Assembly: GCF_036321535.1 (NCBI RefSeq) | Contig: NC_087437.1 | Span: 39,186,001-39,250,000, forward strand | Length of the DNA: 64,000 nt | Direction: 5' to 3' | Origin: Camelus dromedarius | Lineage: Eukaryota | In this document: piece after piece, positions 14,085-27,900 of the stretch | Layout: each line of letters begins with the position of its first letter | Position numbering within the stretch: position 1 is the stretch's first letter | Program-made: the position numbers and the translations under genes | Notes under the pieces: generated by a model | The model's database searches: none | Told to the model about the DNA's origin: nothing | Seen by the model: the letters and a program-made list of their open reading frames with translations, nothing else

Positions 14085-14600
14085 TATTTCTGATGGAGTG
14101 TAATTGTTACGACCATTTTAGAAGACAATTTGACAATATGCATAAAGAACCATTAAAGTGTTCGTACCCTTTGACCCAGTAATAATACTTTGAAAATACA
14201 TCTTAAAGGAAAAATCTAAAATAAAGAGCATGATACATGACTTTTATTTTTAGGTTAACATTTTTTGACAACACATCATGTTACTGGAAACAACTTAAAT
14301 ACCCAAGACAAGTAAGAAAATTATACTGTATTAAATGTGAATTACAGTACAGTCATTAAAATGATGATTATAAAGCTACAACAATATGAGAATCCTTCAA
14401 AGAAGTCAATAAAAAGCAAGATACAAAATTATAAGTACAGAATGGTTTTGTAAATGACAAAGCAATGGAAAATTTTTGCAAAGAAAATACAAAAAATGCT
14501 AATAGCAATTGTTTTTTGAGGCTGGTAGGTCTATTGATGATTTTATTTCCTCTATTTTTCTATTTTTTAAGAACAGTATGGTTATTTTGTATTTATAATA
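14085..14600 (+). mobile_element. Old L1 (L1ME-like) 3' fragment
   Basis: gatggagtgtaattgttacgaccatttt...gtaccctttgacccagtaat...aacaacttaaataccca match degraded L1 ORF2-end/3' UTR motifs. Confidence 0.6.
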
Positions 14601-15649
14601 GTACTTTAAAGATTTTTTTTGAATAATAGACAAATAGAGGCAGTTACCCACTTTTTGTATTCAGACTCTGACTTCTGAATATGATTTTTTAAAATATTAC
14701 TTACGATAGTCTATCATTCTCCCAATGCAAGACACCTACCTTTGAGGGGCGAGGGAATTCCTCCATCCAGCCAAGGATGCTCCTGCTTAGATCTATCTTC
14801 ATTGCTAAAATGGGGAGCTTTTATTATAAAATTTCAAATATCTGTGTGCCCTAAATACATGGACCTCAGCATTCTGCTTTTTGAGTTCTCCATGAGTGAC
14901 CGGGTAATAAGATGCAAAATGAAAAGACGCTGATGCAAACATTTGATCTATTTCGTTTATGTGAGCTTTTCTTTTTAATTCCTCAAATGAGCTCTTCAGT
15001 GTCTAAAGGTATTTCACAAAAAATTTTAACATTGTTATTATGGAAATAAAAGGGGAGAAAATCAATGATAAACATCCTATAGATGGAACACATTTGATTT
15101 CAATTTTTACCAAACCATTAGTTATTAAATCCATTGTGAAACTCTCTGCAACTTGCTTAAATTCGTCACATTCCTGACTTCTGGACAAGTGCCTCAAGTT
15201 TTCTAACACTTTTTGATGAACTTTTTTTTTTTTTCCCATCGTACAGAACTTGTCATTTAAAGATGCACCAGAAAAGAAACTTTCAAAATATTTCTGCATT
15301 CAGTTTGACATCAGAAGCTTGCCTTTATTGGTTTGAGTTTTGAAACAGTAAAAGGACAGAAATGAGCCGTTCTATAGTAATAAAAGGGTCTCTTGGCTTG
15401 TGGTCCTGGAAATATTTGCTTATAGAGACCCTTCTCATTCTTCAAATGAAAATTGAGGTATGGTTTACCAACGTGCTTTGGATATACATTTTCACTCTGC
15501 TCCGTGAAACTCTCTTCATCAATTTTTCAGTGACCTTGACTGTATTTTGTAATTCTGAAATCTCCTTGGGGAATATTTCAAGGATAAAGCAAATTCAATG
15601 GAATCTACCTCTAGAGAAATCATGTTAAGATGCTCAGGTATGATGTAGA

Positions 15650-16093
15650 ATATGTTCGACCATGAATAATTAAGAGATGCTTACACAGTTAGTAGTTTGT
15701 CTCCCATAGCAGGTGGTCTAGGGAAAGGCATGCAGGGCTGGTAAAATGGCTCAAGAATGCCTTCAATTTAACTTCCCCACTTCAGCATCGGTAGAATGTT
15801 CACTATTACTTCATACTTTTCATTCATGGTTTCAAGATGGCCTTTGTACCTCCAGGCATCTCAGCTCTATTCCATTCTCAAAGATGATGCATAAGCTAGG
15901 ATGGGTTAGTGCTCGTATTAGGAAAAGTCCCCAGAAATCCTGTGCAGACTTCTGTTTCCATCCCATAAGCTGCCACTGTGTCACATGGCCACCTCTAGCT
16001 GCATAAAAGCTTTCTGGCCTCTATAGAAGACAAAAACAGCATGAGGGGAATGGGTGTTGAGTCATCCTGCTTTCAATAATTAAGTTTGCCACA
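15650..16093 (-). mobile_element. Old MaLR LTR (MLT1J/K-like)
   Basis: catggtttcaagatggcc...cctccaggcatc...ctgtgtcacatggccacctctagctgca; ends tttgccaca (TGTGGCAAA on minus); left boundary uncertain. Confidence 0.6.
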
Positions 16094-18029
16094 TACTTCT
16101 CTAGAGCACACCTTAGAACCATAACATCATCACAAGCATTTTTTTTTTCCCCAAGTCAAATTAGATGTTTCAAAGGTCAAACTAAAAGTTATGAACTTCA
16201 CTTTCTTCCATCAGGTGTGTTGCCTGGTTCTTACCTAAATTGTTGCTGGGTGAGGAGGCAGCCAGAACAAATGGACTGCTCCCAGCTTCAGCAGGGAGAA
16301 CTCACGGTTGACAAAGCGGGAGTATGGGATAGAGAAATATTAGAACAATTGTGGAACTATTCAAGTCATGGGATAGCATGGGTTCGTTGAAGATAGACCC
16401 AAGGAGCTTGTTCTAGTTACAGTAGAGTATAATAAATAATGAGCATAGCCATGGCCTCTGAGTTCTCAAAAGGAGGGAAATTATGTTGAATATTATTTTT
16501 CTAATAAGGAGGAAATAGCAGAGATATTTATTTTCTATGCGTTCATAGTTGAAAATGTAATATTAAGTAATATTAAGCAAACTGATAGACTATCTAAAAT
16601 ACTTTGTTAACTGGAGATAAGTTTCTAAGACTTAGATTTTTGCGAGTTTCCACTTTTTTTAAATGAGGAAATTAACATAGTGAGTGTATTAGGGAAAAAA
16701 ATCCATCTATGGTTACTATCATTTCATACAAAAGATCATTTTAGTACTTAAAAAAGGAATGACACAACCTAAGAATTAAAAAAAATATATTTAAATTAAG
16801 GAAGAGTTAAACTTTATTAAAAATTATGATTTTCCTTTTTTTTTTAAAAATTTTGGTACAAATGAGCACAAAACTTGCTTACAGATCGGTCTAGGGATGG
16901 TGGTTTAGGGGCCACTGACCGATTGGGAAAGATTTTGAATATCTGGGGTTTGCTCATTTTTGCACCTTCTACAAGCATATATGCAATTCAGATCTGTTTG
17001 GTGGCTGTTCTGTGTTACTGGCCCACTGTCAGTCACACACATGGTGTGAGTTGTTGTATGTGGCAAATACAATCCCTTTCATCATCTAAAGTAATTGTCT
17101 TGCTTTTGGGATAAGTCTGAAATGGCAAGCACTCTACATGTGCTACCATTCACCCAATCCTATGCCAATGGCAAACTTACTATTCATGCTGAAATTAGAA
17201 ATGGTATCAGATCCTGTCTTACCACAACGTGTAGGAAGCCACATTCAGTCCACTGGAACTGACACGTAAAATCCCTTTGTCCTTCTTGAGTTAGGTATTA
17301 TCCCAGAAGGCTGTTGTTAAAATATGCTGGTTACGTGAAAGGGGACATTACTGACACATTAGTTTGGATTAATCAGCTGTTACATGGCCAGAAGAAGAGT
17401 ACCAACGGAATAAAAATATAAATCAATTATGTTTTAAAGGCTGGGGATGGAGGAAAGACCTCCGGGGACAACAGGAAGGCAACCTCAGAGAGGCAGTGAG
17501 GGCACTGTCCGATGCATTGGTTTGAGCTCACACAGTTCACCTGCTCAAATGCTCCCAATGGCTTCTCATGTGCTTGTCAAATTCAACCTGGATTTCCACC
17601 AAATACCCTGCAGAAACTATAAACTCTGGCAAACATTGATCTGTTTGCATCTCTGGGTCCTGATGTGGCTCTTCTTCAGCCTACATGCTTATGTATTTCA
17701 GGTAATTTTATATAAGGAAAACTAATATAAGAGTAATATATATTGTGGACATTTGGAAATGCTAGCCATCTCTCGAACATTAGGTCTCCCAAGAGTTCTT
17801 TCCAGAAACCCTCCTTATTATTTTTCTATCTCCCAAGTAAGAAATGAAATTTGTTTACTGAAGAAGTAGAAAAAAAAAGGTGGTAAAGCAACTTTCTCTA
17901 TGCTTCTGCACGGAGCATTTTCAGGATTGCAACGAACCACACTATTACACAGAACAACTTGAAAGTGATTAAACTGTGATAGAACAGAGTCTAAAGTATA
18001 TGTTTGTTTAATTATAATTTTGTATTTAA

Positions 18030-19210
18030 AATTAACTTAATTGAAAATAGAAAGTAATATAGGGACATGAAAAACAATCACCCATGATATGACCATACTA
18101 ATACAAATGTTTTGGCATCTTGATACAACATTTCTTTCCAGACTCTTTTTTAACTGAAACATTATAGAACCATTATTGAAACATTACAGATAGTCACAAC
18201 CTAGAAAATACTCATGAAATATTATTATATTTATCATTGCTAAAATATATTTGTTTTTGCTCATTTAACAAATAATTATTGCATGAATTTTCATGATGGG
18301 TACACTGTGCTAGTCGACTATGGGAACCGTTATTTGTTTTTGCATACTGTGATGCTATATTTGTACACCTGCATACATGTGGCTTCATAGTTTTTGAAAC
18401 CTCATTTAACATGAATGTATTCCAATTTACACAATGTCATTGGTAACTTAATTGTTATTCATTTTTCAATAAATGAAGGCATATGCATTTCCTATAGCAT
18501 CTTATTAATGTTAACATATTTCTTTATAAAAATTTAAATAACCATGTGTACTGATATCTGAAAAGGAAAACATCCTTTTATTATACCTTATCTTTTTTTT
18601 ACTTGTCATATTTTATAGGTTAAAATATGATATATTGTTATTGTATTAGTTTGCTTTGTTTGGCTTCTAGTGAATCAAATGGTACTTTTTAAAATGTCGG
18701 GAATTGCAACCTTTTGTAAATTGCCTGTACAGAATTTCTTTTTTTAAAAAAAAAACTATTTAGTGATTTTTCTTATTAATAATGTTTTTTCATTAGTGAG
18801 GGTGGTAATCTGTTATTTTGTCATTTTTCAAACACTACAAGTTTGTTTGTTCTTGATCCATGTGTTTATAGCACGCAAAAGTTTAGAAAACGTTTCCTGA
18901 GTACAAATTCATTGATTATCTTTCTTTGTGATTTTTCTAACTGCTGATTGTAAAAACTCTTCCCCCCTTCAGAGATTCGATGAATATCCAATTCCAGTTT
19001 TTCAATAGTTTGTTTTAAAAAGTATTTAACTCTGATCTACCCAAATCGGTTTTGGTAAATGGTGTGAGGTGAGGCTCTAAATGGATTTTACCCTAGACTG
19101 CTTATCATTTACTCAAACACAAATTATTGAATAACTTACCATTCCCTGGTGACTTGTGATGCTCTATCTATGATTCACATTTTACAGAGAATACAACTAT
19201 TTCTGGTCTA
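18030..19210 (-). mobile_element. Highly degraded old L1 (L1M) fragments
   Basis: T-rich; ggtaaatggtgtgaggtgaggctctaa...actcaaacacaaattattgaataa is typical antisense L1 ORF2. Confidence 0.5.
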
Positions 19211-21536
19211 AAGAATTACTTAGGTTTAAATTTTAAAAGTCAAAACACTTTTTTAAAATATGCAAAATATTGTGATATTCATTTCTAATGCAGGGTACAC
19301 ATGGCAGACACTTTGAAATAGCTCTCTGAAGTGAGAACACTGAAATCATTATTATAGTATCAAGCACAGAGTATGCTTGCAATATTTCCTTTGCAGACAG
19401 AACTTTGAGACCAGCATACAAATGATGGGTTAGCTTCAGTTGTGTCTGATTGTTCTCAGCAATGTTAAGGAGTCCTATCATAAGCACAAATATGAACAAA
19501 TATTTAGCTAGAAGGATGCTAATAGGAGAATTATTGATAATACTGAAAGAATATAAATAGACTGAACTCCATTAATAAGAAGTTCTCCATATATATCATG
19601 ACACTTCCTTGCAGTTATTAAAACATTGTAGAATGGTCATAACCTGGAAAATAGTCATAGAATATTATTGAGTTAATAAAACTAAGTGGTTCATAAAAGA
19701 AAGTGTGCAGTGTGATCCCATACTGGTAAAACAACATGCATGAAGTATTACAGTCATATATGTATGTATTTTTTGCTCTAAAGAGGGGAAAATAGTTAAA
19801 AGATATCCAACATGACATTAATGAAGATTGCCTTGTGGACATATTACATGTCTACATAGCACACAGGTTTAGGCTGCTGCCTGCACTGGTCTTTTCCTTG
19901 ATCCTCTGATTTTTCACTATAAATAGACAATTGGTTTTAGATGAAATTATTTTGAGGAGGTTGGTTCAACAGCAGAAAAATTAAAATGGCAGGTTTCACT
20001 TTCTTAGGATACTGGGTTTTTGTTCAGATAGGGAAATGAACCTCTGGCACCAGTGCTACTGTCTTGTCTTTCTTTGGCTATGCCATTAATGGAAGTCAGT
20101 GATACATTTTTAGGAAGCACTCAGCATCCTTTCCAATACACCCCAAAGCATCATGTCATTAATCTCTAAATTCTGCAGGAAAAAATGAAAAGGTTCATCC
20201 CAATAAATGAAACCTTGGGGTAAATGGCCATCCTGAAGAGTCCATGCCTGATTCTGTTGCTGCACTATTGGCCACTGTCTGAGGAGTTTTCAAGTGACTG
20301 GTGGTGACAAGACCAAGCCACTCAGTATAATATGTTTGGCGTCCTTTGAAAATTCTGTCCTCATAAGAAATATATGAGTAGGGTTTTGCTATTTTGGTCC
20401 TTTATTGGTTTGCTGACCTTTCGGGACATTGATAGTATTCTCTTATGTTAGATAAAATTCTGTTTAATATTCTTAGAAAAAAATATTTTAAAAGAACAGA
20501 TTAACACTAGGCTCTGGTGTTCTTTATACACATTAAATTCTCCTGAGTAAAGAACCCTTGTGAACGTGAGAAGAAGAATGCATGTTTTATTTGGGCCGTG
20601 TGAGAAGCCTTCCTGCTCAGAAGGCTGGTTTTACCTACTGAGTAATACAAAGCATAACTAAAAAGTAAGCAGGGAAACCCCCACAAGCCACATGGGAAAG
20701 GCAGTTTCATCACTTCATAGTCACATCTTGTATTTCCTTTATTTCATGCTGTGACAATCTCAGAAAGGGCCATTGGAATTGGAAACACTAATTAAAGCTT
20801 TGAATTCAGTACCAAATAGTGATACTAACATTCCTTTTTGTTAACATTGTAGGTGCAGGTGATCATTGGGGGAAGGGGGGCTTCCTTTCTGGTGACGTGT
20901 ATGGAAGACTGCTGTGAAAGGAGAGCTGGTTGCAGTGAGGAGGGAGTGAAAAAACTGATAAAATTCATTTTAAGTGTTGGATTTATGTAAATGTGATAGT
21001 ACAAATGCAAATACAAGCAAATGCAACAAATGATCCTCTATTGGATCCTAGGTTGGGATTTTTTTAAAAAGTTATAAAGTACAGTATAAGAACAATGGAG
21101 AAATAAAAGTGGACTACATAATAAGCAAACAGAAAAAGTTATTTAGTAACCTGTAGGACACAGGAAAATCTGCAAATTCAGAGCAGATGCCAGAGCCGCC
21201 AGGGTTTTTGAGGGCCCCTGCTGTAATAATTTATTATCTGAGCTGGGAGAAGTCTGTGAGGTCCCCGGGACTGGGGAGGCAGCCCAGTGGGTGGGGGGCA
21301 CTCAGTGTTCTCAGGACAGAGAATACTTTCCAACTAGTACAGAAAAACATCAACATTTTAACAACCAATACACATATCAGCAACTATATTCTTATAGAGT
21401 TTTTTCGGGGGGAGTTTATGTCCAGGATTTCAGATTCTGAAGTGTTATTCTGAGCTTAAGCGTCTAACATTTTCAACTCTAAGAGATTTCCTCTAGCATT
21501 TCCTGCTGTCCCTTCCCTTTGAGCCCCAAGGTCCTG

Positions 21537-21537
<1 letters not shown>

Positions 21538-21568
<31 letters not shown>
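21538..21568. repeat. T31 homopolymer
   Basis: Read directly. Confidence 0.95.
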
Positions 21569-21569
<1 letters not shown>

Positions 21570-22759
21570 GTGGAGCTTGGTTGGTCTTGCTTCCCAGCTC
21601 AAGCCCTACGAGGGGCAATTATTACTGGCCTTGTGAAACCACCAACAAGATCATTTCCTCTGTGGCTTCTGATGGAAACTACTGTCAAGGTTCCGACCCT
21701 GTCAGAACTGGAGGAGTTCTGTTCCCAGGAACCCCTCCTCTGAGGCTGATCACCTGTGCCCATGGTCACCTGTTCGTGCTTCTCTTCAACTCACTCAGCA
21801 GCTCTGATAGCCATGCTGAGCCCCAACACCCAGCCTGAATTGGAGGAAACATGACTTACCACAGGCACCTTTCTCAGTTATCAGTTGGAGGTATCAAGAT
21901 ACACATTTGTTTAGTAAACAGAAAACCCACTTGCCCAGGGAAGACACATTCGTTATTCCTGAATCTCGTTAATGGTCTGACTTCACCTTTGTGTTTTAAC
22001 ATGTCTCCTCTTATCCAGTATCTGACTTGCCGTCTCGACTCTTTGTCACTTTGGAAACAGAGAAAGTTTGTTTCTGAGCATTGTTTGTTTCCCACTGACC
22101 TACGTCTGATTTAGCCTTATATAACTTGCTCTAGAAAAGAAGTCTTCTCTTTGTCAACTTTAATTCTGTCACCCTAAATTCATTTTAATAACTTGTTTTG
22201 ATCAAAAAGAGATTGCTTATAATTAACCAAATTGAAAGATTCTTCTTTTTTAAAATAATTTTTTAGCATGCTATTTTTTTTTCTTACATAAAGTCCCTGT
22301 AAGTTTGTCAGGGGGAAGAAGTAGGAGAAATAATCCCTGGGTGAGATAACGTGTTAACTGATGATTTCACAAAAAGAAAAAGAGGAGCAATACAGACACA
22401 AAAGTGGAGATATTGATAAGTTCTGCTGAAATTAATATAAAGAAATGCAAATTATCATGAGAAAAGTCATAGGAGAAATGCTTCTGATGGCTCTTCTTCT
22501 AAATTTAGTTTTTAGTCCTACAACTACCTTCCTGAGATTTAGAACTTTAAAAATAAGCAAAGAATAGGTATCATTTTCCAAAACCTTTCATAAACGTGGC
22601 ATTGACTCATTGATATACAGCCCATTAGCCTAGAGTTTCATCTGTTCATCTATCATTTTACTTATCTCCTGCTTTCCCCAGGGCATTTGATAAATGGGAG
22701 ACCATTTACATTTGGTGCATTAATGACCTTGGTAAATTTTGAAAATGCACCCCCACATT

Positions 22760-22768
<9 letters not shown>

Positions 22769-22793
<25 letters not shown>

Positions 22794-22806
22794 ATATATA
22801 TATATA
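22769..22806. repeat. Imperfect (TA)n microsatellite
   Basis: Read directly, one interruption. Confidence 0.9.
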
Positions 22807-23449
22807 TTTCAAAGCTACCTACCTACTGGTTCTTTGTGGATGCCGAAGGATGAAATTGCATAGTGCAACTCCATTACTTGGGCATATTTTTTAAATAAAA
22901 TTCTGAAATTATGGGAGTTTATGTTGTCATATCCATAACAATAAGTAATTGTGTAGGGGTTAAAATATACCCAGAGCAAAAGAGGCAGGAGAACATTGTT
23001 CAAAACAAGTGTGATCTTTTGGGGGTTTTCTGCCTCTTTAGAGGCTATTCTCCAAGGTCGTCTTCATCAGTCATGGTTGCAGAGCACGGTTCTTTTGTTC
23101 GTTTGCTTTAGTGTTGATGCTATTGTGTTATTGTCATTTTCTTACTGTGATGTGTTGAAAGAGAAATTTTTTTCCCAAAATCTTTTGTTGAATTATCCCA
23201 AAATGTACAACAATCCAAGGCAACACATTATACATGTATCCCAGTTATATAGGACATATCTGTCTATCTATATTTATATCTATATGCATATTTCCCTATT
23301 TCAGCTAATTTGTAGTCATTTCTTCTATGGAGGAGGTGGGTAGTGGGGTGGTAGAGGAACACATCAGTGCACCCTACTCTACTATTACTCTAGCCCTGGA
23401 ATGTACTTGGAAAGGTAAAAAAAAGTCATTGATTTATAGCCCTCAGTGG

Positions 23450-23589
23450 TTAAGTTTTTAGAGGGCAAGAATATATTTTATTTATCTATGTATCTTCTGG
23501 TACCTAGTACAGTGTTTAGCACACATGAGGCACTTAGTAATTTTTGGCAAATGAATGAATGAATGGATGGATGAGTAAATGAATGAACA
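23450..23589 (+). mobile_element. L2 3' end with (TGAA)n tail
   Basis: gagggcaag...tacctagtacagtgtttagcaca...ggcacttagtaa...aatgaatgaatgaatgg. Confidence 0.75.
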
Positions 23590-25215
23590 CTTTGATTTAC
23601 TTAGATGTTACCAGAGCTATTTTCAAATCACATGGCAAATAGTCAGCACACAGACTGTAAAGAAGAGGAGACTCTGTCAGTGAGCCAGAGGATGCTAAAT
23701 GTCAAAGAGAAAATTGGAAATTGTGACTTATGCATGGACAGTTTCATCTTAGTGCAAATCTACTTCTCTGACCCTTGTCTTTTTTAGGCAGAGCTCACCT
23801 GAACACCAGCCAAATGACTAAGGTGAAATATGGGTTCTCCCTTGTTAAGTCTAGACTGGAGCAACCATTTTATCCCGGAAGTGTGAGCTGAAATCTCTGT
23901 CCAAGGGGCCAGGATTACAGAAAAGCAAAGCTGAGATTCACATACCAGAAGGGAAATATAAACACCAGATATTAAAGGGCCAGAAAAGGGAAGCCAGGTC
24001 AAGAACACAGACCAAGATTTGCCAGCCTGTTAGACACAGGGATCACAGTAGAATAGGTTATTGACAATCAAGAAGGAAGAAAGGGGCGGAGTCCTGGGCA
24101 GTTGCCTCCAGCCTATGATCACATCTTAATTTGATGAGCTTACTGATGAAATATGAAGAAAGATTAAGCAGAGCTGACAAATGTATTGAAACCTGTCCCT
24201 CTGCTGATGTGCCACCTCAGCCCTTCCGGTTGCACGTTGGACTTTCTCCCCTGAGTGTTTCTTTGGCACTGCATGTTTAATATTCCTAAAAATGAGAAAT
24301 AGCTTCTCCTGTATTTATTAATGTCAGAAAAAAATAGCAGAAGATTTGGAAATGGGCAAAAGAGATGACCAGTATCTGTCCCCTCAGTGGAGTGCTGGGC
24401 ATGCCTAGGGGATTCTCTGGGGATTACCTAATTCTGTAGGCGTGTGCGTCTTTTATTGTCTTTCTGTCAACTGGGTTGTTTTATAACTCTGAAAGTGTAG
24501 GAGCTGTAGAAAACTGATAGTCATGCAAATGATTCTTCTCCACAGCAGTACAAAGGTATTTTGTACCATAAATACACATTTGATTACTGTACTATGGAAA
24601 AGGCACAAATAATCTTATTGCTCTTTATAATATATTAACCAGTTAGTCCTGTATTAGCAAGTTAATAATAGCATTTCTGATCACCCATGTTTGGGATGTG
24701 TGTGTGTGTATTACTGGCTTTGTCATTAATTAACAAGTTGAATAAAATCTTTAACAGGTCTTTTCTATGTGTACAGGAAAGTCATGTTTTTAACTTATTA
24801 GAAATTATACTAACATCCTTATTATCAATATCTCTATCATGTGAAGCACTTGGCACCACTGAGCTTTCTCATTCCCTGACTCTCCTTTAGAAAATCAGTT
24901 GCTGAGTTAAATACACTTGACTTGAATTCCCGTTCCCACTGTCAGTGAGCCAGTTCAGGTCCCACTTGTTTTGTACTTGGGCTGATCCAATGACCTGATA
25001 CTCTCCAAACTGATCTTCCAAATGGGTCCCCACCACTGTCACAATCCAAACACAAAAGCCAAATCTTTCCATCTAACCTCAAGTCTTCAGGACAGTCTCA
25101 GCTCACAAACTTTGTTTGACTTCCTATTGACTGGAAAGATCAGGTCCCCAAACTTTCATCTCCTTAACAGTAGAGATCCGAAGTATCCTCACAGCCCCAC
25201 ATCCACTGACCCTCT

Positions 25216-25596
25216 GGTGTTAGTTTGCTAGGGCTGCCATAACAAATGACAGAGACTGGATGGCTTAAACCACAGACATTTAATTCTCCGTAGTTCTGGA
25301 GGGTAGAAGTCCAAGATCAAGCTGTCGGCAGGGATGGTTCCTTCAGAGAGACTTGCTCCTTGGCTTATAGATGGCCAGCTTCTGCCTCTGGCTTCACGTG
25401 ATCTTTCCTCTGTGTACATCTGCATCCTAATCTCTTCTCATAAGGACATCTGTCATATTGAATTAGGACCCAACCATATGAACTCATTTTCCCTTGATTA
25501 CCTCTTTAAAGGTCCTGTCTCCAGTCACATTCTGAGGCATTAGGGATTAGGACTTCAGCATAGGAATTTGGAAGGAACACAGTTCAGCCCATAACA
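25216..25596 (-). mobile_element. MaLR solo LTR (MLT1A/B-like)
   Basis: gtgttagtttgctagggctgccataacaaat...ttctggagggtagaagtccaagatcaag...cacagttcagcccataaca; 381 bp; 5-bp TSD cctct/cccct. Confidence 0.88.
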
Positions 25597-27059
25597 CCCC
25601 TGTAGGAGGGAAGAAAATAAATGTCTGTTGAATGCCTACTATGAATCAAGAACTGTGTTTTATGCTTTCACATAAGTTAAAAAATCCCAACCCAATTTCT
25701 ACTTATGTCAACTCATCTAAAACACCTTCCTCTGTAAGAATCCTGGTGTCCTTATATCAAATGTGGTATATCTTTACTTTGAAACCTCCATGGTACATAA
25801 TTTCCCCCTTTTATGCTACTTTCCAATTTTGCCTGGTTTTCTGATCATTTTGTACTTGTGTTTTTAAATAATAGATTATTAATTTTTAAATAATCAATAG
25901 TTTTATTTAATTTTAATAATTATTAATTTTTAAAGGCAAGACTATTATTGACTCTTTTAGGATTCCCTTGAGGTGTGTGACCGGTTGTCTAGACTATAAA
26001 TATTTGTTAAATTAAGAATTTAAAGGAAGAAGAAAAAAGTTTGTAAACGAAAGAAGGCAAGGTGACCAAATATTTTTCAAGGAGGACAGTTAGGGAGGGT
26101 GAGGCAAGAAAAGAGAAGGAGGGATAAGAGAGCTGTTAGGTAATAGTTGCAATTACAGATCTTTCAGTTAGATTCCCACTTTGGGAATCTAGAGGTTCTA
26201 ATACCTTATCTTTTAATTGATGATATTCTTAGTAAATCATATTCTGTTTAAATTGTTTTCTGCCTTTGAGCAATGGAGAGCGTGATGATTCGTGGATCAA
26301 AATGATCTTAAGATTGACCCTCATTCCCACCGTATCATGTTGATTGGAAGATCTGATTTCAATTAATTTGTCTTTCACCATCAGCTGACTTGAGGGGACA
26401 ATTTATTGTGTTGTGGCAAATATATTCTGCAGTTCGGCCAATCTGATCTGGTTTGTGAAGCATAAAAAGATGTGAAGGTCTCAGCTAATGTGCGTTGCAC
26501 ATGTCACTTTCTCCAAACTCAGCCTAAGACTCGTGAGGGTGTGATCCGTAACTCCTTCTACTGCCACCAGACTGTGATATTTATTGCTGTGAAAATTCCC
26601 ATGACAAATTTGTTTCTGTGGCACGTTTACCATTATAAATTGACATGGAGCCATAGATGTGATGGCTTCAGATTCAGCAGCCCCAGTTCTTTATTATTTC
26701 TTTTTTCAAGTCTTAGACTTAGGCTGCTGTGAAATTTTTAGAAGTGCCAGTTTCCTTGGGTTATTTTAAAACTCACCAGCAAATCATTCTTTTAATAGAG
26801 TATATTATTCTTCAAACCTTTTTCTGAAGTAAAGACTCATCTGATTTCTAAATTTAACAGTATGCTCTTATCTCAAAATTGTAGTCACCATCCACTTAAC
26901 AAGCATCTTTCTCATTATTGAAATATTCCAGATGCTTCCTTTCAAAAGAAATCAGAACCTAATGTAAGAATCTGTACAGGGGCTTTTGTGGGGTGGGGAT
27001 GTAAACATGATCTCCCGTAAAGTAAGATCTCCTAAATTGAGAATTATAGAGTTGAATTG

Positions 27060-27900
27060 GTAGCTTCAGTATATGGGGCTCTGTGCTGTGGCTGAGGGAC
27101 ACAGGGGTGAATGACACATCATTCTGACTCTCAGAAAGTTTACAATCACCTGAGGAAAGACACAAAGAACCATATATAAGCTAAGCACTGATTCTTAACT
27201 GGGAGTGATTTTACCCCTCAAGGACATATTGCCAATTGAGATGGGGATCTCCCTCAGGAACTCAGAGATATACACATAAAGATTTAGTGGAGCTCTGGGC
27301 TGGAGCTATAGACATGAGAGTCGTAATATGATAGTTGTTGAACTCAAAAAGACTGGTACGATTACCCTGCAACAACGTGTGGATTATCAGGGCGCTGGGT
27401 AAGGGACACCTGCATTTAAAAGGAGACACAGAAAGAGAACTCACAAAGGCAACTGAGAAAAATGTTAGTATAATAATATCAGCAAACTTTTTTTAAAGAG
27501 CCCATATGGTGTGCAAAATGCTGTGCTAAGCACTTGACTGATACTAGTCTTCATAACTAGCCTACTGTTGTCAGCTCTTGTGAACAGTGAGTGAAGGAGG
27601 GATCAACACCACCCGCCCTTCAGTACAATGAGGGCTAAGCGTGCCCAGAGATTTGGCAATTAGGAGGTCACTGCAGTCTTAATGAGAGTGGTATCTCTAG
27701 AGTGATGGCGCTGGAAGCTGGAGTCCAGTGGTTGGAGAAGCCAAGGGTTGATGTGGAAGCAGGGATGAAGAAGTTTGCATTAAAAGGAGAGGAAAGAAAG
27801 TGGCAGCATTTTAATGGAAACAGACTAAGGGGAAAGCATATTTTTAGGCTGGAGGAAGGTAAGAGGTGCAAATATTGTTTATAGACCTTGAAGAGACAGA
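27060..27900 (-). mobile_element. Fragmented L2 with a MER20-like piece (~27185-27245) and a MIR piece (~27470-27570)
   Basis: L2 motifs gggctggagctatagacatgagagtc and atttggcaattaggaggtcactg; MER20-like ttcttaactgggagtgattttacccc. Confidence 0.55.
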